64,000 nucleotides of DNA, taken from IMG/VR virus record IMGVR_UViG_3300017991_000062, positions 1 to 64,000 of that record, one strand, 5' to 3'. The notes beneath the pieces are model-generated. The model ran no database searches. It was given only the letters and a program-made list of their open reading frames with translations, and was not told the origin of the DNA. This DNA is from a virus. Of this stretch, positions 8,949-18,900 are shown one piece after another; position 1 is the stretch's first letter, and each line of letters starts with the position of its first letter. A program made the position numbers and the translations under genes.

Positions 8949-9437
8949 CTAGTCGAGCTTGCAGTTGCACCCGGCGCAGGTCGTCGCGCCGGGGGTGTTC
9001 TCGTGACCGCAGCGGCACCGGGCCGGCTGCTCGCAGTCGCCGCAGCCGTGGCAGAACGCGCCCGGCTCCAGCTTGCAGTACTGGTCGGCTTCCTCGTCGG
9101 CCAGGGCCTTGAAGTAGCCGCAGCCGTCAGGGTGGTCGCAGGTATCGGTGATGCCGTCGCCGGGCTTGCAGCCGCAGCCGGGGCAGGCGTCCTCATCTTT
9201 GCCGCTCCACTCGAAGCGCTCGTCACCGTCGAGGTCCAGGTGGTCGAGGCTGTCCAGCTCGGCCAGGGCCTCGCTCACATCCACCTCGCCCAGGCCCAGG
9301 GCCGCGGCGATGTCGATGACGTCCAGCGGGCCGCCACCGTGCGAGGCGACCGTGGCCATCATGCAGCAGACCGCGGTGTAGACGGCGTCGTAGGGCTCGG
9401 ACAGGCGCCTGGCGACCTCGGGATCGAACTGGTTCAT
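8949..9437 (-). CDS. HTH plus multi-Cys zinc-finger protein
   Basis: ATG 9437 after GGAGG; IAAALGLGEVDVSEAL helix pair; several CxxC motifs. Confidence 0.6.
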   Translation of the reverse strand: MNQFDPEVARRLSEPYDAVYTAVCCMMATVASHGGGPLDVIDIAAALGLGEVDVSEALAELDSLDHLDLDGDERFEWSGKDEDACPGCGCKPGDGITDTCDHPDGCGYFKALADEEADQYCKLEPGAFCHGCGDCEQPARCRCGHENTPGATTCAGCNCKLD

Positions 9438-9479
9438 CTTCTTCCTCCCGCTGTGCTGTGTATTGCTAACCATGCCCCC

Positions 9480-9534
9480 ACACTACGATGGACCATTCAC
9501 CATGTCAACCCCGAGGTTTAACTTTTTCTTTTTT
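9480..9534 (-). promoter_or_regulatory. sigma70-like early promoter, copy 2, with A-rich UP element
   Basis: minus strand TTGACA (9508-9503)-17 nt-TAGTGT (9485-9480); 27 nt identical to copy 1. Confidence 0.75.
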
Positions 9535-9706
9535 GCAAAGAAATCCGTCGTGTTCCAGATGCACTTTTTTTGCTTCGCGGCAGCGGTGCGGAGCTAAATT
9601 GTGGTTCGGCTCTGGTTCCGTAATGATACCACGAACTTGCGCGATGTTTTCTGTAAGCCCCTGTTTTGCTTCCGATCCCAGAACTGTCCTTGTGTGGAGG
9701 TGCAGC

Positions 9707-10294
9707 GTGGAACGCAGGTCCCTATCGTGGCGCGCTCGGCAGTACGCACGGGCCTTCCCCCAGTGGCCCGACTCGTGGCCAGTCGTTCGGACAGGGCGAT
9801 GGCTTCAGGCGGTCTGGGTCATCGGAGCTTGCTACCGCGGCTCGGGCTATCACGGCTCTTATCCTCATCGCTACCTCGACCGGATGTACTCGCTGTTTCC
9901 CGACCGCGAGCGGACGCTGCACCTCTTCAGCGGCAGCCTGCCGGCCGAGCCCGACGCGGTGCGACTTGATCTGCAACCGAACGACCAGGCCCAGGCCGAC
10001 GTGAGGGGGAATGCCCTCGCCCTGCCGTTCCGGCCAGGGAGCTTCGACCTGGTGTTGGCCGACACCCCCTACACCGACAACGACGCGAGAAAGTACGGCG
10101 TGCCGAAGGTGCCTCACCGGCTGTCGGTGCTGCGGCAGGTGGCGACCGTCTTGCGGCCTGGCGGCTTCCTGGTGTGGCTTGACACGGTGAACCCGATGTA
10201 TCGGAAGGCGGAACTGCTCCAGTGCGGGCTCATCGCCCTGGTCGGGTCAACCAATCATGTCGTGAGGCTGGCGACGGTGTTCCGTCGTCGGTGA
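9707..10294 (+). CDS. small SAM-dependent amino-(N6A/N4C) DNA methyltransferase-like protein
   Basis: GSYP, LHLFSG (motif I) and FDLVLADTPY (DPPY-like motif IV); GTG 9707 after GGAGG. Confidence 0.75.
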   Translation: MERRSLSWRARQYARAFPQWPDSWPVVRTGRWLQAVWVIGACYRGSGYHGSYPHRYLDRMYSLFPDRERTLHLFSGSLPAEPDAVRLDLQPNDQAQADVRGNALALPFRPGSFDLVLADTPYTDNDARKYGVPKVPHRLSVLRQVATVLRPGGFLVWLDTVNPMYRKAELLQCGLIALVGSTNHVVRLATVFRRR

Positions 10295-10295
10295 G

Positions 10296-10775
10296 CTACG
10301 CGGCGACCTTCCGGCCCTCGATGATGACCGTGGCCTCGCCCGAGGTGCCGGTGTCGGCGCCGGGGTTCGAGACGTAGAGGGTCGCGTTGTCGAGGATGAG
10401 CGGCTGCACCGCGTCGAGCGGCACGGGGAAGACCTTGCCGACGTCGGTGGCGCCGGTGATGGCCGTGGCCGCGAGGACGTCGGTGCCGCCGGCCGTGGTG
10501 CCGACCGCGATGGTCGCGTCGGCGTTCAGCGACACGGCCGCGTCGATCTTCACGAGCACCGTGGTCGGGATGAACTGGTAGGTGCCGTCGCCGCCGAGGG
10601 CCGCCTCGTAGTCGGTGGCACCACCATCCTTGAGGTCCACCTCGCTGACGCTGGCGCGGTCGTCGCGGTTCGCGACGTCGACGCACTCGTTGATGACTTC
10701 CTTGACCTTGGGGGCGTGGTCGTCTCCGATCCCGCTGCCGTCCAGGTCGCCGTCGATGAGTCGGTCAATGGCCAT
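10296..10775 (-). CDS. beta-rich virion/decoration-like protein
   Basis: strong AAGGAGG RBS; IAVGTTAGGTDVLAA-type beta-sandwich composition. Confidence 0.55.
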   Translation of the reverse strand: MAIDRLIDGDLDGSGIGDDHAPKVKEVINECVDVANRDDRASVSEVDLKDGGATDYEAALGGDGTYQFIPTTVLVKIDAAVSLNADATIAVGTTAGGTDVLAATAITGATDVGKVFPVPLDAVQPLILDNATLYVSNPGADTGTSGEATVIIEGRKVAA

Positions 10776-10840
10776 GACTGTTCCCTCCTTGGGTGGTCTT
10801 GCAAGACGGGGACCAGGCTAGCAGAGGCGGGGCTTCGCGG

Positions 10841-11167
10841 TCAAGCTGTGGGTGGTCGCTGTCGCCTGACGCGCTTCACAGCCTCACGACGGCGGGTGTC
10901 GGCTCGGTCCATGTCGGACAGGAGCCGGGGTGCGGTGGTGTCGAACATCGCTGCCACCCGACGCAGGGTGGACAGCTTCGGGTCGGTGCTCCGCATCAGC
11001 TTCGCGAGGAGCTGTGGCGACATGCCGTGGCGGCTCGCGAAGCTGCGCCGCGCCTCCCCGGCCTTGTCTAGTTTCGCCGCGATATACCGCCCCAGGCTCG
11101 ACAGGTCGCGCCTATTGAGCCTCGGGGTGGTGCCTGCACCTCTGAAGTCGGGTCGTGCTCTACGCAT
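10841..11167 (-). CDS. XRE/Cro-like HTH transcription regulator
   Basis: RRSFASRHGMSPQLLAKLMRSTDPKLSTLRRVAAMF; start uncertain. Confidence 0.7.
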   Translation of the reverse strand: MRRARPDFRGAGTTPRLNRRDLSSLGRYIAAKLDKAGEARRSFASRHGMSPQLLAKLMRSTDPKLSTLRRVAAMFDTTAPRLLSDMDRADTRRREAVKRVRRQRPPTA

Positions 11168-11286
11168 GGGCTGCGCCTCCTTTCCGTGGACAGTTCCAGA
11201 TCGGGCGCGGCAACGTGCAAGTTGAGGATGAGCCCCGGGTGGCGGCAGCAAGGAGGGGCGCCACCACCACCCGGGACCCAGTGGGG

Positions 11287-11640
11287 TCAGTCGTCGTCGA
11301 GGTCGTCCTCGTCCCAGTCTTCGTCGTCTTCCCCTTCCTCGAACGGGCTCGGCGCTCGGTTGGATGGCGCCAGGTGGTCAAGGTCGCGGGCTGCGGCGTA
11401 CTCGGCCAGCTTGCCGTCGCAGAACTCGGTCAGCTCATCCACCACGTCAGACGGCAGACAATCGCGCGGCACCTCGGCATCTGCGAGCACCTCGTAACGG
11501 AGCGTCTTGTAGTTCCCGAGGTTGTACACCCGCTGCGTCGTCACCTGCACCCTGGTGACCCTGGGGCCGCTACTCGGCTCGGCCCTCATCGCAGGCTTCT
11601 CCTTTGCCCGGTGTGGCTTCTTCTTTTCTCTCTTTGGCAT
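11287..11640 (-). CDS. hypothetical protein with acidic tail
   Basis: RVYNLGNYKTLRYEV motif; operonic. Confidence 0.6.
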   Translation of the reverse strand: MPKREKKKPHRAKEKPAMRAEPSSGPRVTRVQVTTQRVYNLGNYKTLRYEVLADAEVPRDCLPSDVVDELTEFCDGKLAEYAAARDLDHLAPSNRAPSPFEEGEDDEDWDEDDLDDD

Positions 11641-11643
11641 GGT

Positions 11644-11979
11644 TCACCCCACTGTATGCGCGATGCGGTCGAGAGCCTCGGCTACGGCCGGGCTCCACTC
11701 GCGCAGCTCGTCGGCAACCTCCCGGAGGAAGGTGTCCGCGTCCCGGAAGTCGAACGGGCCGACGCTGACAAGGCTCGCGAGCACCTCGGCCCGACACACC
11801 GAGGGCAGCTCGCCGCCCTCCTTGATGACCGTGTCGTGCACCAGCGGCAGAATCGAGTCGGTGACGTACTTCGCCATCAGCCGGCCGATGCGCCCCTCGG
11901 CGTGGTCCGTGTTCAGTCGTTCATCTACGGCTTCAGCGACAGCGTCCCAGGGGTGGTCCCAATCATCGGTCACGCTCAT
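11644..11979 (-). CDS. hypothetical protein
   Basis: GGAGG RBS; phage-like codon usage. Confidence 0.55.
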   Translation of the reverse strand: MSVTDDWDHPWDAVAEAVDERLNTDHAEGRIGRLMAKYVTDSILPLVHDTVIKEGGELPSVCRAEVLASLVSVGPFDFRDADTFLREVADELREWSPAVAEALDRIAHTVG

Positions 11980-12062
11980 TCAACCCTCCTTCGCGACCGC
12001 GAGCCGGCCGCCTGGTTGACGGTTCCCGATCCGGTGAGGTAAAAGGGCGAGCGGAGTCAACC

Positions 12063-12091
12063 TTGCGGTGACACACGAGGCGCGATATACT
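12063..12091 (+). promoter_or_regulatory. sigma70-like promoter upstream of the virion operon
   Basis: TTGCGG-17 nt-TATACT in the divergent intergenic region. Confidence 0.5.
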
Positions 12092-12260
12092 GCGCCCATC
12101 GAAAGGGGCGGCCGAGTGGGACACGAAGCGGAATGTGATTCGGTTCCTGGGCGGGTCGGCCGTGGCCGCAGGCATATTCGGAGCGTGGGCTCCCCCCCCT
12201 CACCTCCGAGTCGCTTGTGGGCCGACCCGCCCGGGTCTTTGCTGACTGGGAGCACTGCTG

Positions 12261-12659
12261 ATGGGCGACCGCGAATTCACCGACACCGACCTCGGCCTCG
12301 ATATCCTGACCGAACCATCCGGCATCCACGACCTTCGGCATATCGTGGCAGTCGGTTTCACGAAGCAGGCAAGCGCAATTCGGCAGCTCGGCCGTGATGT
12401 GATACGGCTGGAGGGTAGCATGGTGTCGGAGGACCTCTGCTTGCGTCGGGCAGCGGAACTGAACTCGGCGGTGAAGGACACGATCCGGGAGGAGGCCAAG
12501 AACGCGATTACGGAGGCGAGTGTCGCAGCGGCCAGGAAGGTGAACGGCCACAAGCCTTTCTGGCCAACCGATGCGCGAGGGTGGATGGCCCTCGTCGCCA
12601 CCGTGACCGCGTTCCTGGGCTGGCTCGGTATCAACATCTACATCGCCGGCCCGAAGTAA
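12261..12659 (+). CDS. C-terminally membrane-anchored hypothetical protein
   Basis: hydrophobic WMALVATVTAFLGWLGINIYI tail. Confidence 0.55.
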   Translation: MGDREFTDTDLGLDILTEPSGIHDLRHIVAVGFTKQASAIRQLGRDVIRLEGSMVSEDLCLRRAAELNSAVKDTIREEAKNAITEASVAAARKVNGHKPFWPTDARGWMALVATVTAFLGWLGINIYIAGPK

Positions 12660-12687
12660 GTTCCAGCCGGCCCAGTGAGGGGGAGCA

Positions 12688-14139
12688 GTGACGGCGGCCT
12701 TGCCGGCAATCGAGATCACACCGGAGAACCGTGACGACGTAATCCGCGCCGCATCCGAGTTCCAGGGCCTCACCGATGAGATGATTCGCAGGGCCGTGCT
12801 GGTCGAGAGCCGGTTCGACATCCTCGCAACCGAGGTGCTCGAAATCGAGCTGGAAGAGGTCCACCTCGAACTGCTCGCGTACATGCTGGAGCAGGACGAG
12901 TCGCTGCACCTGGCGTTTCGAGGCTGCGGCAAGACGACCAGCGCTGTCGGCCCCTACGTCGTCGGCCGCATCCTTCAGGACCCCGAGCTGTGCGTACTCA
13001 TCGCGAGCCGGACCGGCACCTACGCCCAGACCATCATGCGACAGGTCAAGGGCCACCTGGTCAACGACAAGCTGGTCAGGATCTTCGGCGAGCAGAAAGA
13101 CCCGACGAAGTGGGAGGCCACCGAGTCCAACGTGCTCGGCAAAACGAAGAACACGAAGGAGGCCACGCTCACGGCGCTCGGTGCCGAGGGCAGCCTCACC
13201 GGCCGGCACTTTGACATCATCATCGTGGATGACCTGTGCGACCTGGAGAACACCAGGACCAGGGCACAGCGCAAGCGGATTCACGACTTCTACTACACCA
13301 CCCTCGACAACTGCCTCAAGCCTGGCGGCCAGCGCAAAGTCATCGGCACCCGCTACCATCCTCACGACCTGTACGGCTGGCTCTCGTCCAACGACCTCAA
13401 GGGTGCGGTGCAGATCGTGCCGGCCCTCCACGAGCATGAAGACGAGGACGGCGAGATCCGCTACGAGTCCAGCGCGCCTCGCAGGTTCACCGTCGAGTAC
13501 CTGCTGAAGAAGCGGGCCAAGACCCCGGCGCTCATCTGGCTGATGCAGATGCAGTGCATCGCCGCCCGGTTCCAGGGCAAGGTGTTCAAGCCCGAGTACT
13601 TCGAGGGTGAGGACTTCTACTTCACCGAGCTGCCCGAGGGTCAGCTCTACCAGGTGGTCGACCCGGCCGTGACCGAGAAGACGGAGAACGACTACTTCGC
13701 GCACATGACCGGCGTCGTGGACAGCGACGGGGATGTGTGGGTGGACAGCTACCACAACCTCCGCATCGAGTTCCCGAAGCAGGCGCCATTCTGCATCGAC
13801 GAGTTCGACGAGCGCGACCCGGTGCGGCTCGGCATCGAGAGCAACGCCTACCAGGCCGCGCTCGGCCAGGAGATCCTCGACAGGCGCCCAGACCTGAAGG
13901 GGCGCATTATCGGCGTCCAGACCGACAAGGACAAGGTCACCAGGGCGCTGAAATTGACTTCGTACTTTGAGGCGGGCAGAATCCACATGAGGCACGAACA
14001 CCGGGAGCTAGTCCAACAGCTTCTGGAGTTCCCTGACGGAGAGCACGATGACCTATTCGACGCCCTCGACTTGCTGGTGCGCATCGGAACCCGGATGAGG
14101 GTAAAGAAGAAGCGGCGCCGTGAGCCCGGCGTGATCTAG
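12688..14139 (+). CDS. terL: terminase large subunit
   Basis: Walker A FRGCGKT, Walker B IIVDD, GTRYH coupling motif, RNase H-like VVDPA...HDDLFDA. Confidence 0.93.
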   Translation: MTAALPAIEITPENRDDVIRAASEFQGLTDEMIRRAVLVESRFDILATEVLEIELEEVHLELLAYMLEQDESLHLAFRGCGKTTSAVGPYVVGRILQDPELCVLIASRTGTYAQTIMRQVKGHLVNDKLVRIFGEQKDPTKWEATESNVLGKTKNTKEATLTALGAEGSLTGRHFDIIIVDDLCDLENTRTRAQRKRIHDFYYTTLDNCLKPGGQRKVIGTRYHPHDLYGWLSSNDLKGAVQIVPALHEHEDEDGEIRYESSAPRRFTVEYLLKKRAKTPALIWLMQMQCIAARFQGKVFKPEYFEGEDFYFTELPEGQLYQVVDPAVTEKTENDYFAHMTGVVDSDGDVWVDSYHNLRIEFPKQAPFCIDEFDERDPVRLGIESNAYQAALGQEILDRRPDLKGRIIGVQTDKDKVTRALKLTSYFEAGRIHMRHEHRELVQQLLEFPDGEHDDLFDALDLLVRIGTRMRVKKKRRREPGVI

Positions 14140-14148
14140 GAGGAGAGC

Positions 14149-15978
14149 ATGGGCGACAAGGTAACTCGCATCCGGCGCCGGCCTGTCATTGGGTCGTCGA
14201 AGTCTTCCCCCAGTGACGCCTCGTCCAGCTCGGTCGTCAGCCTGACCAAGGGAGCCGGGCCGCGTGCGGTGGTGAAGGCTCTGGTCGTGGAGGCCGACGA
14301 GAAGAAGGTCGACGGGCCGATCTCCCAGGTGATGCCCGACGACCCCTTCCGCGACTTGGTTCACTCGAAGATGGTGCTCGCGCCGCCGCTCGACCCGCGG
14401 CTGCTCACGGTGCTGTGGGAGCAGAACAGCTACCTCGGGCCGTGCATCGCCACGATGGCGGTCAACTGCGAGAGCTTCGGTCACCAGTTCACCCCTCGCA
14501 TCCAGGTCAACGACGAGACGCCGAAGGCTGTGCTGGCCCGCATGGAGGAGGAGAAGCTCCTGCTCGACAACTGGTTCAACAACTGCGTCATCGAGGGCGA
14601 GGACAGCTTCACCGGCCTGCGCATGCGGAAGCGGCAGGACGAGGAGGGTGTCGGATACGCGGCCTGGGAGGTGGTTGAGTTCAACACCGAGGTTCTGGGC
14701 TTCAACTACGTTCCGGCCCACACCGTCCGCTGTACCGGCCTGGACAAGATGCGGGTGCGGGCCTCGCACAAGATGCTGATGCGCCACGAGGACGGGACCT
14801 ACCGCTACATCGAGCGTCCGGTGTGGAAGCGGTTCCGCAAGTTCGTCCAGGTCCGCGGCTCGAAGATGCGGTGGTTCAAGGAGTACGGCGATCCGCGCAC
14901 GATGAACGCCGAGACCGGTGAGTACGTCAGCGGGCCTGGCGCCATCTCGGCCTACAAGAGGGCGAACTCGATCCTCTTCTTTGTGCAAGCCGCGGCCCGC
15001 ACCCCCTACGGTATCCCGCGGTACATCGGCAGCCTGCTCGGCATCTACGGCAGCCGCGCCACCGACGAGATCAACTTCTTCACCTTCGAGTCGAACAACG
15101 TCCCGAGCATGGCGGTCACCGTGTCGAACGGTATGCTCTCGGACGGCAGCGTGGACCGCATTCAGCAGTTCGTGGAGAAGCAGGCTTCCGGCCAGCGCAA
15201 CTATTCCCGCTTCCTCATCCTGGAGGCCGAGCCGGCGACGGACGGCCTGGGCGACCCGGGCCGGGTCGCACTCGACATCCAGCCGCTCACGGACCAGCAA
15301 CGCACCGACGCGATGTTCCTGAAGTACAAAGAGCAGGCCAAGGCCGACGTCCGTGGCGCCTTCCGGCTGCCCGACGTGTTCTTCGGCGAGGCGCCCCAGG
15401 GCGGCGCGGTCGGCGCGATGGAGACGATGCGCAAGCTGACCGACGAGCAGGTGTTCCTCCCCGAGCGCAACACCTTCGATGACCGCATGAATCGCCGCAT
15501 CCTGCCGGCCCTCGGCGTGGTGTACTGGCAGTTCAAGTCGAACACCCCGGAGACGACCGATAACAAGGACCTCATCCGCATCCTCGCGATGGCCGAGAAG
15601 TCGGGCGGCGTGAGCCCGGCCATCGCTCGCGAGATCATGAGCCGCGTCGTCGGTCACGACCTGGGCAAGGTCAAGGGCATCGACCCGGAGGTGCCCTACA
15701 CGCTCCAGGTCGCCCAGGCGCAGAAAACGGGCGGCGACCCGATGTCCACTGCCTCCCAGGCGGGAACCAACTCCCTGCGTCGGATGGGGGCCACTACGCG
15801 GGCAGAACTGGGGCTGGAGGACACTGCGAAGGCTAGCGAGGTCGAGACACCCTGGGAGGGCGAGGCTGTGCTCGCCGGCCTGGGCACGCTGGTCGATAGG
15901 ATCTCGGAGGAGCAGGAGGGGCGCACGGCCAAGGCCAAGGAGGTCAAGCGCGAGCGGCCCACGGTGAGCGGCGAGTAG
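14149..15978 (+). CDS. portal protein (PBSX/XkdE-like)
   Basis: follows TerL; WFKEYGDPR, YGIPRYIG, FESNNVP, AFRLP motifs. Confidence 0.88.
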   Translation: MGDKVTRIRRRPVIGSSKSSPSDASSSSVVSLTKGAGPRAVVKALVVEADEKKVDGPISQVMPDDPFRDLVHSKMVLAPPLDPRLLTVLWEQNSYLGPCIATMAVNCESFGHQFTPRIQVNDETPKAVLARMEEEKLLLDNWFNNCVIEGEDSFTGLRMRKRQDEEGVGYAAWEVVEFNTEVLGFNYVPAHTVRCTGLDKMRVRASHKMLMRHEDGTYRYIERPVWKRFRKFVQVRGSKMRWFKEYGDPRTMNAETGEYVSGPGAISAYKRANSILFFVQAAARTPYGIPRYIGSLLGIYGSRATDEINFFTFESNNVPSMAVTVSNGMLSDGSVDRIQQFVEKQASGQRNYSRFLILEAEPATDGLGDPGRVALDIQPLTDQQRTDAMFLKYKEQAKADVRGAFRLPDVFFGEAPQGGAVGAMETMRKLTDEQVFLPERNTFDDRMNRRILPALGVVYWQFKSNTPETTDNKDLIRILAMAEKSGGVSPAIAREIMSRVVGHDLGKVKGIDPEVPYTLQVAQAQKTGGDPMSTASQAGTNSLRRMGATTRAELGLEDTAKASEVETPWEGEAVLAGLGTLVDRISEEQEGRTAKAKEVKRERPTVSGE

Positions 15979-15985
15979 GCGGGGG

Positions 15986-18900
15986 ATGGCGCTTCCTGTC
16001 CAGACTGACGCGGTGGGCGACCTGCTCCACCGCATGACCGACGAACAGCTCTTCGTCGCCAAGGCGCAGGCACGCGAGGCCCTGGTGCTGGCCAGGGTCA
16101 TCAAGGTGGCCGACGCCTACCTCGCGGTCGAGGAGGACCTGGGCAAGCTGCTCGTCGGCCACTGGGATGACAAGGGCGCCGCGCTGGTGAAGAAGGGAGC
16201 CTCCGAGCTGGCCAAGGCCCAGGAGGGGAAGATCGTCCAGTCGACGCTGTACGAGAACCTCCTGAAGCTGAAGAAGCAGATGGGCAAGGAGTTCGGTGAG
16301 GAGATGCTCCCCCACCTCATCCGATCCTCGCTGCTCGTTTGGTCGATGAGCAGCAAGGAGACGATGGGGCGGCTCCAGCTCAAGTGGTCGACCGACCTGG
16401 TGGACAAGAAGGCTGCGGCGCAGCTCTCGAAGCATCACGCGTACTGGATCGGGAACCACTACAACACCTCCATCTCGGAGTCGCTGCGCCTGGCGACGAA
16501 AGAGGTCATCCTCGACGGCGGGCTGGCCGGCACACAGGCGGCCAAGGCGTACCGCGACATCACGACCGAGTACCTCGCAGGCAAGGGGAAGAAGTACCCC
16601 GGCGTTCCGCCCGGCTTCAAGGGCACGACCGACGACTACTTCGCAGGGGTGTCGAACCACGTCGGGACGCAGGCTAGGGTCTTCAGCCGGATGGAGTCGT
16701 ACCAGCGTGTCGGGATCACGACCTACCGGATCGTCGCGGTGCTGGACAACCGGACGAGCGATGTGTGCCGGATGATGCACGGCCAGACGTTCACCGTCGA
16801 GCAGGGCATGAAGACTGCCGGGGTGTGGACCCAGGGCATCGTCCACCCCGAGGTCGTGAAGAAGCAGGCCGGCTGGATGCGGCCGGCCGACATCGCGAAG
16901 ACGGCTGGCATCGCCTACACCCCGGGGGCTACCTCGCCGAAGATGAGCGCGAAGGGGATCGACGCGCTGGCCGAGAAGGGGCAGGCTCTCCCGCCCTATC
17001 ACTTCCGCTGCCGCACCGACGTCATCAGCTCGGGTGAGTACACCAGCTTCCCCACCGGGAGCGAGCCCAAGACCAAGCCCGTCAAGCCTCCGAAGAAGGA
17101 CCCGCCGAAGCCTCCCCCGGCTGCTCCGACCCCACCCGCGAAAGCGCCAGGCGCTTTCCCGTGGGCGATGACCGACATGACCCCCGTGCAGAAGTCTGCG
17201 AAGGGGATGCACTCGAAGCAGTTCTTCACCGACCCGAACGGCGATGAGTGGATGTTCAAGCCGGCACCGGAGGGGCTCAAGTTCCGCGCCGAGGTGGAGA
17301 AGCTCGCCGCCGATGCGGCCAGGGCTATTGGGGTTGACACGGCCGACGTCTATGTGGTGTCGCACAGGGGCAAGGCTGGCACCATCCAGCGGCTCTTCAA
17401 GGACGTGAAGCACGACGGCCTCGGCAACGTGGGCGTCAACGGCTTGTCGCAGAAGCAGGTCGCCGACCTCCAGCGGCAGCACGTCCTCGACTGGCTCATC
17501 GGGAATAACGACGGCCACCTCGACAACTTCCTGGTCCTGAAGAATGGCAAGCTGGTCGGCATCGACCGAGGGCAGGCGTTCCGATACTTCAAGACGGACA
17601 AGCTCGCCCTGGACTACAACCCGAACGCGAAGTACGGCATTGAGGTCTTCTACAACCGCTTCTTCGCCGCGGCCCGCGACGGCAAGCTACGCAAGGGTGT
17701 CCAGATGCTCGGCATGGACAGCCCCGAGATCCAAGCGCTGCTGAAGCAGGTGGGCAGCGTGAGCGACGACGAGTGGCTTGCCATCTGGAAGCCGTACATC
17801 GACGGCGCCCTGAAGAACCAGCGGCTCGCATACGGCAGCCGCAAGGCGTTCGAGGCCGAGTTGCTGCGGCGGAAGAACGAGCTGGCCGGCGACCTCGGTG
17901 AGTTCTACCGGAAGATTCTGGGCGAGGCTGCCAAGCCTGCGCCCAGGGTGTCGGCCCCGGCCGCGGCCCAGGGCAAGGCCATGACGCCGGTCGACGCGAA
18001 GTTCGTCAAAGCGATGCGCGACTCGAAGAACCGCGGCCGGTCGATCCTGGTGTCCACCGAGCGCGTCGAGAATGGCAACCTGCTCGTTTACACCTACGAC
18101 GACGGGACGGTGGTGGTCGAAGGCAAGCTGCGCGCTGGTGTCGGCGACCGGACAGCGCAGAAGCGGCTCCTCGGTTCGGAAGCCAAGGCCAAGGCGCCAC
18201 CCCCGTCCACCCCGGGCTCCGGGACCGATGGGTACTGGGACGAGGCCCTCACCTACATCAAGCATGTCAACTACCACCTCGGGCCGGGTGGCGACGGTGT
18301 CTTGAGCGGTGCCAAGAACAAGAGCTTCGAGGCGTTCATGGAGCTGCTCGAAGACATCTCCAAGAGCAAGACGGCTACCAGCGCGGAGAAGGCCGCGGCG
18401 AGGTATTACAAGAAGAAGCTCAAAATCTACGGCGACGAGAATGGCGGCTTCTTCACCGAGGAGAAGCTCAAGTCGACGGCCGTGGGGAAGAAGATCGATC
18501 CCTACAAGCCGAAGCCGAAGGCGACCAAGCCCAAGCCGAAAGCGGCGCCAGGCGAGAGCAACGGGATGAGCCCGCGGGTCAAGTCCTCGAAGGTGACCCA
18601 GATGGGCGAGGAGTCCCGGGAGATTGTCGACGGAAGCATCGTCAACCACCACGGCACCATGTCGCCGAGTGCATACGGCGGGAGCCGCGAGATCGACCGG
18701 ATGATCGTGGCCACCCTCGACGACGGCACCGAAATCACCTACATCCCACACGACGGGTACAAACAGGGGCAGGCGTACTCGCGGCAGGGCCGCTTCAGGA
18801 TCAAGGTGAGGGGGAAGGCCGGGAAGCCGGCCAGCAAGGAGCAGGTCGAGCAGGCCGTGGCCGCGCTGGACGACTTGGGCGTCAACACCCGGCTGATGAC

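Noticed and set aside
12192-12199. C8 homopolymer in the late leader as a phase-variation switch
   Set aside because: Short tract in high-GC DNA, not within a promoter spacer or a credible CDS
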